Source of the DNA: Heteronotia binoei
Lineage: Eukaryota
Assembly: GCF_032191835.1 (NCBI RefSeq)
Contig: NC_083233.1
Location: 35,278,001 to 35,342,000, forward strand
Reading direction: 5' to 3'
Length of the DNA: 64,000 nucleotides
A program made the translations under genes and the position numbers. Position 1 is the stretch's first letter; the number at the start of each line of letters is the position of its first letter. The notes beneath the pieces are model-generated. The model was not told the DNA's origin. It saw nothing but the letters and a program-made list of their open reading frames with translations, and did no database searches. Positions 23,577-37,479 of the stretch are shown piece after piece.

Positions 23577-26500
23577 TTGTCAGGTGAGTTCAGGGAAGTG
23601 GTAGAAATAGTGGAATGTACAAGTAGAGGATGACACAAGACAATGGGCATATAAGGGTGGAACTGCTTTCAATTCTGCAAGCTCCTTTTGGATGAGCAGC
23701 TGCTGTAACTTGGGCATTCCTGAGTCTTGAGATTCTGCTGCAACTCTTTCCCCGTTTCCAGGGAACTTGCTGTTAAGAAGAGAAGTGGAAACAGATTCTG
23801 ATGAATGGCCTTTGTTTCCTGTTGAAATAGACAAATCAATACCCTGACTCTTTCCGTGGAGTAAAACTTGGAAGATGTTAATTTCACCAATTTTGGAGGA
23901 CAATGGGGATCTTGAAACTGTTGAAGGTGGAAGATCAAGATGGGTCCTTTTTATACAACTTTTTGAAAACTTAACTATAAAGCTAGACTTACAATGATAG
24001 AGGTGTTTGCTTGGGCCCCTTTGTTTGCATGCTAGGAAAGCTAGGATAGCTCTAAACAACCTGCTTGGTAAAATAGGTGGCAAAAAGTCTCAGTGGTTTT
24101 GATGGCTACAACTAAGGACCAGAAACATGTTACTGGAGTGCATGATATAAGCCATTTTGAAGAATTTGCTAGAGGTTTGGACTGAGCAAAAATTAACAGT
24201 CCTCTCAGAGTTTGTGAAAAACCATGGAATCTGTGGGTTCTGCTCTGTAGTTCACTGTACAGTTAAAGGAGTTTTGCATAAGCTAATTGTATGCCAGTTG
24301 AGTAAACTTTAACTTTAAAAATTGAAAGATTTAAGGAAGTACTTCCTTAGTAAGAGGAAGGGGCTGATGGTGCAAGTAAAAAAAAACACATGATGGCCAA
24401 GACAGAAAAGGAACATATTTATAACTAACTGCACACTTTGCCATTTGAGACACACATTAGGTTGGGTATTATATGACTTTTGCCAGATGTCGTTTGCTGG
24501 TCCCGCTGTTATTGCCAGCCTCCATTGGGGTTTTTTGAATACAGTGTGTGACTAAGCCCAAGTAGTTACCATGGTTTCAAGGTTGTGCTCCCCTGTTATT
24601 CCACCTAAGTCTGTTGCCCCTTGGTGTACAGCTAAGTCATTGTCAATGTGTTATTTTTTGTTTGCTGCAGCTTACTAGAGCTTATCCACAATCAGTTGCT
24701 ATATGTTCTGTTTGTTGAAAACCAGTGAAAGCCATGCCAGTTAGCCAAAATATTTCCACATTTAATTGGTTCACAAATGTTATAAAATGGATTACTCCTC
24801 CTTAAATTAGGTCTAAAAAATGAGAAGACCTCCAGATCTTGAGAGGCTAGTGACATTTTGCTCCACTTCTGCTGGGCTTAGTAGTGCTGAAATGCTGAAT
24901 GGGGAATGATCCGAACAAACCTTTGAACCTCGGGAGAGGGTTTGAAATATTCTTTAGTGCTGGCTGGAATTTTGACCTTCAAGTAAGTGACCTTCTAAAT
25001 TATAACTAGATTGTCTGAGCTACATAAGTTCATATTGTTGTTGTTTAACATTTGTATAGAAACCTGGAAATAGGTATGATACTGCTGATGCAGTCCATGG
25101 CTATAATTTGCAAATAACTTTACTACAGTTGGACTACTCAAGAGTAGGTAGTACTGAAACCCACAAGCAATGCTATCAAATTATCTTACCAGATGGCCAA
25201 CAGTGCTGTGGAATACTATTCCATATGAAGAGGGACACAGTGACATATTTTAGTTAAATTTTAAAAACTGCATGGTTTTGCTTTCATTTTTACATACTTT
25301 TTATTACATGTCACAATAACTTTCACAATACACATTCCCTAGCATATCATCCATGTTTGTTAACTTCTGCTCTAATAAAGTAGTAATGAACCACAGTATG
25401 CAGGCAGTCTCTGTGTTTAATGTTAAAAGTTGGGCAGTGGTGGACATTTCCAAGGGTCTCTAAACCCACTCCTTCAGAACAATTCTTTGTGAATGCTTTT
25501 TCCCAGTGTAGCAAGCAAAGTGTTTTGATCTGAAAATTACACACTCCCCCCCCCTTTTTTTTTTGCACTTGGTTGCTTTTTGTTCTGGAATTTTTAAATG
25601 TTTACTTAGAAGTGTTTTATAGGAAAATCCATTCTGCAATTCTAGCTATATCACTAACATTTAGTGTTCACAGGAACAAAATCAATTTCCTGTGAGTTTT
25701 TTTGTATTTTTAAAACCAGTCTGTGCATGTGTGCATATATGTATCATCTTAAAATGTTGATGCTTAAAGGAACGGTATTCCTTCCAATGAAGAGACTTGC
25801 ATTCATTTTATAGCTGTAAACAAGACAAGCAGTGCTAGGAAAATGCTATAGCTCTACTCTATGAACAGCATGTGAACTTTGACCCTCTGGATCGGAATAT
25901 GGATTCAGACTTAATGGGTTTTGTGTACAGCAGTTCATGGCATCAGTATAGAGCTGCAACCCATGCTTTATATCACAGGGTAAATATGGGAATGAGTTTC
26001 CTCCCGTAGTGTGAAGGGACTCAAGTGAGAGGAGAATGCACCCCAAGGTAACCCCAAGCCTTGGAAAAACCACAACCATACTAAATCTATGGAAATACGA
26101 CATACTTTGTTTGGAATTGAGGTTTTTTCCATTTAAATAAAAGCTTGACAATGAAATTGAGTGAATTTTCTACACCGCAGATATTAATGCTGCAAGCAAA
26201 CAAAAGCTATCTGTTGCCTCTTGAAAAAAGCTCATGATAAATTTATCACAACTGTCAATGTCCCATGAATTCACTGGCCCTTGACTATACATGAGAAGAA
26301 AAAGTGGGGCCCCATTTATTCCTCCTTTGCCTTCACTAATGGAATAATGAAACAGGAAGATCTCATGTTTACATAAATAAAATTTCCCCACTTAATTTCC
26401 TCACTTCTCTGATGAGAGGTGTAGAGAGCTCACAAATGAGCTGAGGTAAATAGATTAGAGCTGACCATTTTGGGGGAGGGGGGGGGGTTAGTGATTTAGG

Positions 26501-27087
26501 AATATGAATTTCTCTCATTAAATGTCTTAATATTTCCCCCAGCCTTTCTCTTTGAACAACTTGCGCATAAGGACTGGCAGCATAAGTTTAAAATAAAACT
26601 AACTGATCAAATTCACATGAATAGATTTGTGGAAAAATACTATGGATGTTTCTAGTAAGCTTTCTCAAATTTTTGAAAAGCCAAGTTTGTAGACATGTTT
26701 CTGATTCAACTTGTACTGTTCAGGAAAAAAAATGTGACTTAATTATGAAAAACAAATAAAATGTATTTATTTTATGTAAAATTGTTTAAATGTTAATTTA
26801 TGATGTATTAAACTGACAAGTAATATCCTCCTGGTTAATACTTTTGAAATTAAGCTTGTCTTGTGAACTAAGTTAAAATTGGGGAACATCTGTAAGATTG
26901 GATGAGGTAAATTCATCAAGTGTGATACTCATTCAGTTTTGGATTCTGCAGAACGTAGAGGGCTTCATCCTGTGTTCTGCCACATTGTGTCCACACAGGA
27001 GCTACCTCCCTAGCTGAGACTAGCAGTTGAAGGCCAGATCGGGATGTCCCATTGAAGCAGATGCTAGTGTTAATTTTATGCTTTGTC

Positions 27088-27365
27088 GGAGAGTCAGTTT
27101 GGTGTAGTGGTTAAGTGTGCGGACTCTTATCTGGAAGAACCGGGTTTGATTCCCCACTCCTCCACTTACACCTGCTGGCATGGCCTTGGGTCAGCCATAG
27201 CTCTGGCAGAGGTTGTCCTTGAAAGGGCAGCTGCTGTGAGAGCCCTCTCAGCCCCACCCACCTCACAGGGTGTCTGTTGTGGGGGAGGAAGGTAAAGGAG
27301 ATTGTGAGCCGCTCTGAGACTCTTTGGAGTAGAGGGCGGGATATAAATCCAATATATTCTATCTT
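27088..27365 (+). mobile_element. Full-length tRNA-derived squamate SINE
   Basis: cagtttggtgtagtggttaagtgtgcggactcttatctggaagaaccgggtttgattcccc...; near-identical body to 18357-18633. Confidence 0.82.
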
Positions 27366-30300
27366 CTATGTCATCTTCTTCCTTGGCCTGAAATGCCTGG
27401 TTTGCTTAAAAATTAAGCTGGAGTCTGGCATGTGGTAGGGAAAGAGAACTCTGCCTCAAGCAGTCTGCCAGATGGTTGACTCTCAACAAAAAGATGTCTG
27501 AGCCTTGCTGGCCCCCGAGGCCACATGCCTGATTCAAAAGTCTTGTTCCCAGATGTGTAGGGGTTGCTGTCATGGTAGAAAGTTCATTCTGTATATATTC
27601 AAAAGTACTCTCTGATCTCTTGATGTTCTTAAACCAAGCTCTGGATTTGAAACTAATTCCTTAGAGTGGATACTCCTTCAAACTGCAGAGCTCACATACC
27701 TTTCCTAAATAATTTGCAGGGTAGCTTGGTAGGATGGTTTTTCATTTTTTTTTAAAAACCAAAATACAAAAATCCCTTATTTACTCACTAACTGCTGTGT
27801 GGGGATTGTTCAGCCCTTCAGTTTGCAACTGCTTACATAAATGTGCTAAAATCCACATTCCTGTAAAGACTGGTTATGTCAATAGTTGGTTACAGATAAC
27901 TGATATACAGCGGCATTCCTGGAGGCTTCATTTATTTTCTGAATGGCTTGCAAAGAAATGACGTTGCTTTGGATTGTTACAGAAACTTATTAGCCACAGG
28001 AATCTGAGGCATAACTAAGCATCTTCCACACATTTCCATTAGGAAAAGAACTAAAAAAATTACTATAACACTGTACAAGTTGGAGAAATTGAGTAGTTTT
28101 TTGCTCTGATTTTGACTCTGTGATCTAGCACAGTCAGTATCGTAAGTGTTCTAGACTAGAACTGGGGCAACCTTGGTCCAATCACCACTTGCCAAAAAGT
28201 TCAGCAGGTGACTATGGGCCAGTCAGTCTTAGTCTCACTTATCTCACAGAGTTGTGAAGAGTTACACTGCTCTAAACTTCTTGGAAGAGCAGAATAAAAT
28301 GTAATAATCTTTGTGGAGGAATTAATTCCCCGCGTTTAATCTCTACCTTTACCCCTTTAGCTGCAGTCAGGGGATGTGTGTGCATCCCAGGTTATAATAG
28401 AAACTCAAATAGGTCATTTTTATTTACCCTCCCTAATCTCTTTCCAACTGATTCCATATTCCATGGCTTTTGAAGGGCAATGAACAGGTGTTTCTGTATA
28501 TTGCTTATGTTGGGCTACCTACCTGTAAACTCACACTTAACCTTGTTAGATTTGTCCCTTTCATGGAGTGTAAAATGAGAAGATGATTCCTAATACTTAT
28601 TTTGCTGTTGATGGCAGGATCAAAAGTGAGAGAGACTATAATTAATGCATCACTTGCACACCTTCAGAGGACTGCAGGAATACTACGTTTTGCTTTTATC
28701 TCACACAAAGAGGCTCCATAGTCTAGGAAGATTGTTTTATTTATTTTAATCAAGTACAACCCTGTTGTCCTTGCTTTGAAACAAAGCGATCCAAAAGTTT
28801 GCAAGGATTACAAGTGACTTTTAAAGGAGGAATGCAGCAATACTAAAGATTTCATTAGCCTAGAATTTCCAGAGGTAGGTCATAACACTTCAGCCAATAA
28901 AATCTGTCTTTAAGGCGCAGTGTTACCAACAGACAAAAAAAATTCTGCAAAGTGTTTCTCATGTTAAGAATGAGCCAGTCAGCAGTTATCATTAGAAAAG
29001 TCATTTCTGAGCCAATGAAATTATTTCAAGAACAGTATTATTGCTTTATGAGAAGAAACTGGGAAGAGAAAGCAAAAGGACCCATTAAAACAACAAAACT
29101 TATTGCTATACCATAGTAACAAGTCACTTAATACAACTTCCACCACTGTGAGATTCCCTAGACTCACTTGCTATCTTGAGGATGGGGGTGGGGAAGAGAT
29201 TATACTAATTTGTCATGTGAGCAACCACTGTGTAGGGTACACAGTGCATAGGTAACACCCATCTGTTGTACTGAACTCTCACAGTATGCTCTGGGGTTTC
29301 ACAGTGCAGGCTACAATCCAATAATGGAGGACAAAAAAAAGCTTATTTGCATTATTCTCTTAAAAGAATGAGCTTTAAAGAACTGAAATCAATGCTCCCT
29401 TAACACCACTATCCTAGATCTAAACCAAATATAAAACCAGTGGTTACCCAGATGATTTAGCCACCAGCAAAGCAAGTTCTACAACTTACCTTGGCAATTT
29501 GTTCTGTTGCCCAACTAGTTCTCAGAAATATGTTCTTCCATCCAATCTGAATTGTCCCTACTGAATGTTTTGAGTTTGTGCCTCCTTTCTGACTCCACCC
29601 CCAGCTGCAGAATTTAATATCCGTGTTACAAGTCCAGTGCACACTTAACCTGTGCAAGTAAAACAAAAACGTAACTCTTAACTGGATCCCACACACCATG
29701 TTGAAGTGGTAACCATGCTTGCCTGATAGAAAGGATAAGGGATCTTGTGGCACCACTAGTCTCCTGTTTCCCCAAGGCTCAACTCATTTGCTTCCTTTCA
29801 TCTCTTCTCAACTGTGTGTTTCAAGATGCTGGCAAGCAAAATCCAAGTGCTAACAGCAAAAGCAGAAAGAAACCACTCTAAGCATTCTGCTTTAGTGTAC
29901 CATTTTTGGAATGTGTAACTGCTGTATATGACTTTTGAGTGAGAGAAACCATTTAAGGTTGACTTTAACTGGCTGACTGCTCTATGGCAATCCAGGCCCT
30001 TTGAACTTGGTGGACATTTTACTTTTTAAAATATGTATGCACATTATATTTGGCTGCATGCATCCATGTACTGCTTTAGCAGCCACTGATTATAAGGTCT
30101 TAGCAACAAGTATGTTCAAAGAAATGAAGCTATCACTCTCTGCTTAGTTTATATGGCTCTCTATGTCAGAGGCATTTAACCTCATTAAGCAAAAAAAGTT
30201 TAAAACCAGTCTGGTTGACTACACTAATGCTTCGATGTAAATTAAATTGCTATATTGAAAAATGGCAAGTTTAAAAATTAAAACCCCATATTCATTTTGT

Positions 30301-30961
30301 ACATTATGAATAAACCATGTCATTCCTTCTCCAAAATATTTACAGTGATCTGTACTCTGCTTTAATCATACAGATTTTAAAAGGAACAAGTTGCAGACAG
30401 TATTCATTTAAGCATTTATGTAAGGGGAGAATGGAACAGCAGTTGATCAAATATTCCCTTGTAAAGAAATGTTAATTGTGATCCAGGATATTTCAGGAAA
30501 GTTGTCACCTCTATGAAGTCGTGTGTGAGTGTGTGAGAGAGAGGGGGAGAACTTCTTAGCATCCGCTTGTTTGGATGCCATCCTGCTTTGCAGTGACCCC
30601 TGTGGGTCATATGTGGAAGCCCCTTTGTCATGTACCAGCAAATGACTGGAAACTGCAGAGCATAGGGCAAATGTACTTTCTTACCATAATATTGTGTACT
30701 TTTTGGTTGACATTCCAATTTGGACCCATGCAGCTTGGATTTAAGTAGCTCAGCACTGTCTGGCAAAGTTTCTTGGAAATGAAGATTAAAATATGTTTAG
30801 TAAACAGCCAAATCAACAAAAAGTGCTCTCCATTTCTAAAAGAGAGCTGATGGTCAAATCAGTAAAACAAAACTGGAACCAGAATGTAAAATAGAACCGG
30901 AATGTGACAAAGAGTCCTTTAAAAATCCAAAAACTCTCCATATTTTTCTTTTGGGTGTTCA

Positions 30962-31065
30962 CTAATCTTTCTTGCGTTGGTCAGGATCTTTTGTTGTTTC
31001 TTCATCTGAATAGACTGTGGGCTCTTCACCATCCTTCAACAGCTTGCCTACATAGTGGTATTTAA
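30962..31065 (-). CDS. PGRMC1: PGRMC1 coding exon 3
   Basis: Encodes (F)[33 protein letters not shown]. The PTVYSDEE motif is PGRMC1-type; acceptor ttcag. Confidence 0.96.
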
Positions 31066-31760
31066 CTGAACAAGACAAAAAGAAGGGGAAATCAAAATAT
31101 TATTTTACTAAATACCAGGATTTTTTTTTAAAAAATGTTTCACTAATATCAAAGCAAATCAGAATGACTTCTATTTGGGTTTTAAAAGAAAATTTGGAGT
31201 TAGTGCATCTTCAAAGAAAAAGGCAGATAGTGTTTCTTATGCAAATAATTGTGTAAGATCATAGTGAGACTCACAGAAGTGACCTCTCAAATGAATAGTA
31301 CCTATTAGTACTACTGTTTTACTAGGGAAATACAAATATTTCAGAACATTTTTTGTTTGTGCATCATTAAGAACTTTTCCATCCTACCCATTTTCTTTGC
31401 CAAATTCCTCATTTTCTTTTGTTTTAATGCCATTTTTATAATATGTATCAGTCTATGAATACCACTGAGGCAAAAACAGGCATAAAGGATCCACTTCTAG
31501 CAAATTTTGTTAAGAGGTTTTGGGGGAAAGGACAACTGCAATTTCAATCCAAGTGTTGAAACCCCACAACAGAAACTTGGAACTTTTGGACTGAAGCAGC
31601 GTTATTATGAAATTTTTAACATCCCTATTATCATTGCTGAAAGCATAATACAGCGTGTGTATAATATATGTGAATGAGTCACATTCAAGTCCTGATGTGT
31701 AATAATTATATGGATGTGATTTTGTAGATTTGAAAAAAGCACAAGATTAGGAATGCTTAC

Positions 31761-31916
31761 ATGTGAACTGCTGTTCCCAGTCATTCAAGGTCTCTCTCTG
31801 TGTGGCGTCCAGATCAGAAAGGTCATCGTATCCATCCTTCAATGCTTCTTTATCCAGGCAGAAAGTAGCAAGACCTCTGGATGCGTCCCTTCCAGCGAAA
31901 ATTCCATAAGGGCCAT
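31761..31916 (-). CDS. PGRMC1: PGRMC1 coding exon 2 (156 nt)
   Basis: Encodes (D)[51 protein letters not shown]; acceptor cttaag, donor gtaagc. Confidence 0.97.
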
Positions 31917-33957
31917 CTTAAGAGAAGAATATTAGCTATTAGAACAGTATCTTCCTAACTTTAAGGACTTGATAAGATCAAAAACACATGATGTGCTCAA
32001 GTCCCTGCTTGGAGAAGAAGACCATTGATTTGACTTTCAAAACAGTCTCTTAACACTTTATACAAGGTAGTTTGCACCCCCCCCTAAGTGTTGTACATCC
32101 TGTACCCTGCATACACATCTCTGCCAAATATTGCTATACTTGGTTTCTAACCTTGGCATTTTTACACAAGATTACTTGTACAAGGAAAAGGAGAGGGGGG
32201 GGGAGGCATAGCGTTAGGAGGTGGAAAAGCAGACAGGAGAGAAAACAGACATGGGCCAGGAACTACACTGAGAGCCAGCATGGTATAGTGGATAAGAGCA
32301 GCAGACTCCAATCTAAGGAATCGGGTTTTCCCCACTCCCCCACGTGAGGCCTGCTAGGTGACCTTGGGCCATTCACAGTTCTCTCAGAACTCTGTCAGCC
32401 CCACCTACCTCACAAGGTGCCTGTTATAAGAGGAAGGGAATGTGATTGTAAGCTGCTTTGAGATTTCTTAAGGTAAAGCAGGGAATAAAACCCTATTTTT
32501 CTTGACAGAAATACCTGATCTGTGCTAAAATTTTACACTAATTGCTAAAAACTAAGTGGTAGGGACAGCCACTGAAACTGGTGATCTGCAGAAAGCCCAG
32601 TAACTTATACACACTATATTATTTACTTAGCTAAGGGTCATGGTGGAAGTCTGTGTGGAAGTCACACCTTCCTGAGCAGAAGGAAAGCGAGAAGCTTGCT
32701 GTCATATGAGAGACGCCACAACCTAAGCTCTTCCCATATGATCCTAGGCATCTCATGTTACCCCAGATCAGGGGAAAGAATGGCATTCTGGGAGCTCCCA
32801 CACGGCCAAACTATGAGAACCAGAGCACTACAGTAAGAGACCCTGGTTTTTTTGTAGTGCTTAAGAGACATTGGAAACGTGATTAAGAATAAAGGATCCC
32901 ATGCATGAAGACGGTTGAAGTTCTTTGAGTAGCCTTGCACATTTCCACCCATAGTTTATGACCATATTAAATGAAGCAACGGTCATTTCTGGTGCAGTTA
33001 CTATGAAAGTCCTGGTTTAGGAATTGGTTTGGGATCAGATACAGCCAAGTCCTCTGTCCCCCCAGGCCTACACATGGGGACCACCCCCCATACCACAATT
33101 TACTGTTAAATGTGACTTTTGCTAACTGATTAAGAGTGCTCCTAAACTCAAACACAAAACTGTGGTTTAAACCAGAGTCCTGAAAGGAGTTAAAGAGCAC
33201 TCTTTACCATGGTTTAGTGATGTTCAAATGTACTCTGGCACCAAGCCCAACAAGAACAAAGGAACTTTGGATACACATAGCAAAGTGAACAAATGAATTA
33301 TTCCTAAACCATGGTTAGTGTTCTGTAGAAGAATATTTTTTTTGTTTTGGTTACCAACCTCCAGGTGGTACCCAGAGATCTGCTATTTCAACTGATCTAC
33401 AGAGGACCAAGGTCAGTTCCCTGGAGAAAATGACTGCTTTGGAGAGTGGACTGTATGGCATTGAACCCTGCTGAGGCCCCTCCCCAAATCTCAGCGTCCT
33501 CCAGGCTCCACCTCCTAAATCTCTCAACCCTGAGCTGTCAGCCCCATGGTCACTCCTACGAAATCCTTTCAGAGAAAATCCCGAGACAGCAAATTTTTTG
33601 TCTGTTTCTATCACTGGGCTCCTCTAAGGACTTTAGACAGTAAAAAAGGAAAGTAAATCATTAACGTTATTTAGCTTGTCACTCTCTGCCTCCTACTAAT
33701 AAAGCCGCTGGGACAAAGGAATTTTAATATCTTTAATATCCGTAGCAATCAAATTTTCTTTGCCAAAAAACAGAAGTCCTGCCCAATCTCCATTTTGACT
33801 TCTTCTCCCAAGACTCTTTAATTGTAAAAAAAATTTCAGTCCTCATGTTTAAAGTTCAGATTCTCGATAAAATGAACCAGCAAATGACTGGAAACTGTAC
33901 CAAGTCACGTAGCACAACATCATTGTGGCCACTTCTTCCTTGCACAATGGCATAGCG

Positions 33958-34674
33958 CAGGGGCGAGGAACCTATTTTCTTCCAAGGGCCATTTGGATAT
34001 AACATCATTCGCGGATCATACAATATTATCAACTTAAAAAACAATGCTCTGCCAAGGGAGAATGATTCAGACCAGCAAAATTAATGCAAATAACTGTTTT
34101 TCTATTTGAAGTCAGTTGGGTTAGCCTAATTTAGTGCACCCCACTCCCCAGCCTGCTGCCCTAGCCAAATGCCTAGGTTCAGGGCTTTTTGTTATAGAAA
34201 AAGCCCAGTAGAAACTCATTAGCATATTAGACCACATTCCCTAATTTTAGCATATTAGATCACACACTCATTAGCATTTTAGGCCACGCCATCTGGGATA
34301 ATCAAGCGCATCCCTCCCTTCATGCAAAAACTGCAGCTGCTCCCAGCAGACCTTTAAAGGCACCCACATACCCCAGCAGCAGTCCTTCACAATGCCCACC
34401 ACTCAGGCTCCACAGAGAGAAAGAGAGAGAGGAAGGAAGGAAGGAACAAAGAAATGGAGAAGAGGCCGTGCAGCGTGCTGGGGCCCTGCAATCCCTGCCA
34501 GCCAGCCAGGCCCTGTGGAGGGGGGTTGCTGCACAGCGCGGCTGGGTCCCACAATCCTCACCGGCCCCAGGGAGGCCGCCATGTGGTTCGGCTTGGCCCA
34601 GCAATCCCCAAGGGCCAGACCAAGTGATCTCGAGGGCTGCAAACGGCCCTTGAACCTGATGTTCCCCACCCCTG
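33958..34674. mobile_element. Composite hAT MITE with a nested second MITE at about 34170-34320
   Basis: TIRs caggggcgaggaac / gttccccacccctg; TSD gcatagcg (33950-33957) versus gcatagtg (34675-34682). Confidence 0.7.
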
Positions 34675-37479
34675 GCATAGTGAATGGCCAATTTGCAACA
34701 CTGGGAGCAAGAAGGCTTTCTCCATTCCTGCTGCTTTTGTGCTCTACTTCTGAACTACTTCTTCCAAACTGGGTTTCAGATGTTTCCTGGCAACACACAT
34801 TCCTAAAACCCTGTGTGTGGAACAGAAGAGTGGGAGCAGGAGACTTGGGCACCCCTTTCCTTTCCTCATTCCACCTCTACATAATCTCTAATATAATGTG
34901 CTACAGTGCTTCAAGCTCCTAAAGGAAGGTTGGGACTGAAATCTAGAGTTACACATAACGAGAGAGCTGCGCAAGAGAAACTGTTTGCTTAAGCTGCCAT
35001 GTGTGCATCTATGTATCTGTTACTTCATACAAATCCCTCTGTTCTGGTCTTTAACCTTGCCAAAATATTATGGGGAAAAACCTCCAGAGGAACTTGGGTC
35101 TTGTGTAACCATATAAACTCTACTCCTACACAGACTGCATACAAAGCAAAGCAATCCTTTGCAATCTAGCTAGGAGGAGAGGCTGGGTCATTTCTCCCTC
35201 TTTCAGTGCCTGAGGTATCCTTTACAAACAAGATAGGCTGGTTGAGCAGGGAAGCAAGGTGGAAGGGGACTGGGAGGTGCCCTATGTCTCTCTCTCTCCC
35301 TCCTTCAGTCTACATGTCTCCAGTGTGTGCTGTGCTAGCTCTCTCACCTTTTCCCCAACTCTGATCATAAGATTTGTTTCATCTTTTAATTGTCCTCAAC
35401 ATGTTTAGAGCATTGCCTGTCTTGCATCCTTTGTTCTTTCCTTTCACAATGCAAGCACACATGTCCTACAAGCAGGAAAGAGACCCCCCCCCCAATACGT
35501 TTAGAGTCCACTATGACAATTTAGACAACCATGAGTATCCCAAAAAAGCACAGCTGTGTGAATCACCTATCATGCAGTGGATGCAGCTTTCTTTACTGGA
35601 TAGACCAAGGCAGGCTCAGTTTCACCCTACAGCTACTATTGTATTAACTAAAAGCTAAACTAAAAAAGAAAAAAAAAGTTACCTGTGAGCCAGCAAATTC
35701 AAATCTCATCCACAAACTGAATGGAATGACATCACTATCTCTTCCCTGTCTCATATGGGAATGGTAATGCTGGCATATCTTGTGAGCATGAATAACGCCC
35801 TTTCAAACATCCCACGCTGAACGTACTATAGACTCTAATATGATCTCAAATGTGTGGTTTTACATTCCCCATAAACACCGTTGCCATTGTACTTTTGCCA
35901 CACTAAATGTGCTATACACATGGCCAGCCCTAGACTGTCTGGCACCCTAGGGAAGGCTAACTTCTGGTGCCCCCCGCCCCCCCGCACTGATAACGTCACC
36001 AAGTCACATGGGGGCATGCAATCTAGGCTGGCACCCTAGGCGATTGTCTAGTTTGCCTAGTGGAAGGGCCAGCCCTGGCTATATAGACTCTAATACGATC
36101 TCAATTGTGCGGTTTTACATTCCCCATAAAAATTGTTGCCATTGTACTTTTGCTATAATCCTTTCTGTTTTCTAGTGTCAGAAAAAAAGGACAAAAAGAA
36201 AAGTTTAACCTTTCTACTTGAGTTTCATGCCCAGCCTTTGCCCCACTTCTCTTGGGAAGTCAAGATAGGGCCCGGAGCAAATTTCCAAAACCAAATGGAT
36301 GATTGTTCAGCAAGTACTGAAAATTCAGACTGCAACCTTTTCAGGGCAGGGATCTTCCTCATTTGCTTATTAGTTAGCCCTTAGCATAATTAAACTCCCA
36401 TGTACGCCACCAGGATGGCTGAAAAATGAAGAAAAGGGTCAGCTGTCCAGTTTCTATTCAATTATGCTTCTGCACTACTGCCCTTTTAGCACCAGCCAGT
36501 CAATGCTTTTCTGCAATCAGCTAACCATGCTTCACACCATACAGGAGATTTTGCAACACATTCCTGCAATGCCTGTCCACTCCATAAAGCTGTGACAAAT
36601 GGGGAGTACAAAAGGCAGGGCCAACAATGCTGCTTCCTAGGGAACTGCCAGCTAAATAACCAACCTACTTGGTTTCAGTGAGGTTAGACTGGAGTAACAC
36701 TGCAAAGAGTTGCATTTAGATAGTTTATCTTAAGAGTAATTACTGCACAAGATTGCATTAAGATTGGAGTAAGAACTGCAAAGGATTGCATTCAGATTGT
36801 TTAGACTGAAGTAACACTGCAGGGGGGTGCATTTAGATTAGAATAACACTACATAGGGTAGCACAGAACGCAAAAGACTTTCAGAAGAAAATTAGCTTGT
36901 TTTTCATAGATTACAGCAAACCTTTTGATTGTGGGGATCATGAAAAGCTATGAATGATTTTAAAAGAAATGGGTATGCCAAAACATGTGATTTTGATGCA
37001 CAATCTATACTCTGAACCAGAGGTGACTATTAGTGCAGAATTTGGAGAAACGGCATAGTTTCCAATGGGCAATTGTTCAAATTATGGATCTGCCGTTCTG
37101 CAAATTACCACATGCAGAGTGGTGCACATGTGATCTCTCTACAGAGCACTGTGGCTAAAGTTGATTCCATACATGCTTACTCTGGAGCAAGTCCCACTGA
37201 AATTAATTCGGGGTTATTACAGGCGTGGGCATTTGGAGCTGCCAAGATCCCAGCTTCAAACCTCAGCCACCTACTCACTCTCTGGCTTTAAGCAAGTCCC
37301 ACAGAAATTAATTTGGGGTTACATGCATGTGCACTTGGAGCTGCCAAGATCCCAGCTTCAACACCCAGCCACCCTCTGGTCTTAAGTAAGCCACTCCTTG
37401 CTTCATTTACAATACAGGGAATACTGGATGACTTGACACATATCACTAGATATTCCTTCCCCCATTTATCCCCCGCCCC

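Noticed and set aside
23580-24083. 167-aa minus-strand ORF behind the AKAP17B stop
   Set aside because: Starts at a non-ATG codon, has no splice context or recognisable domain, and lies antisense to the 3' UTR.
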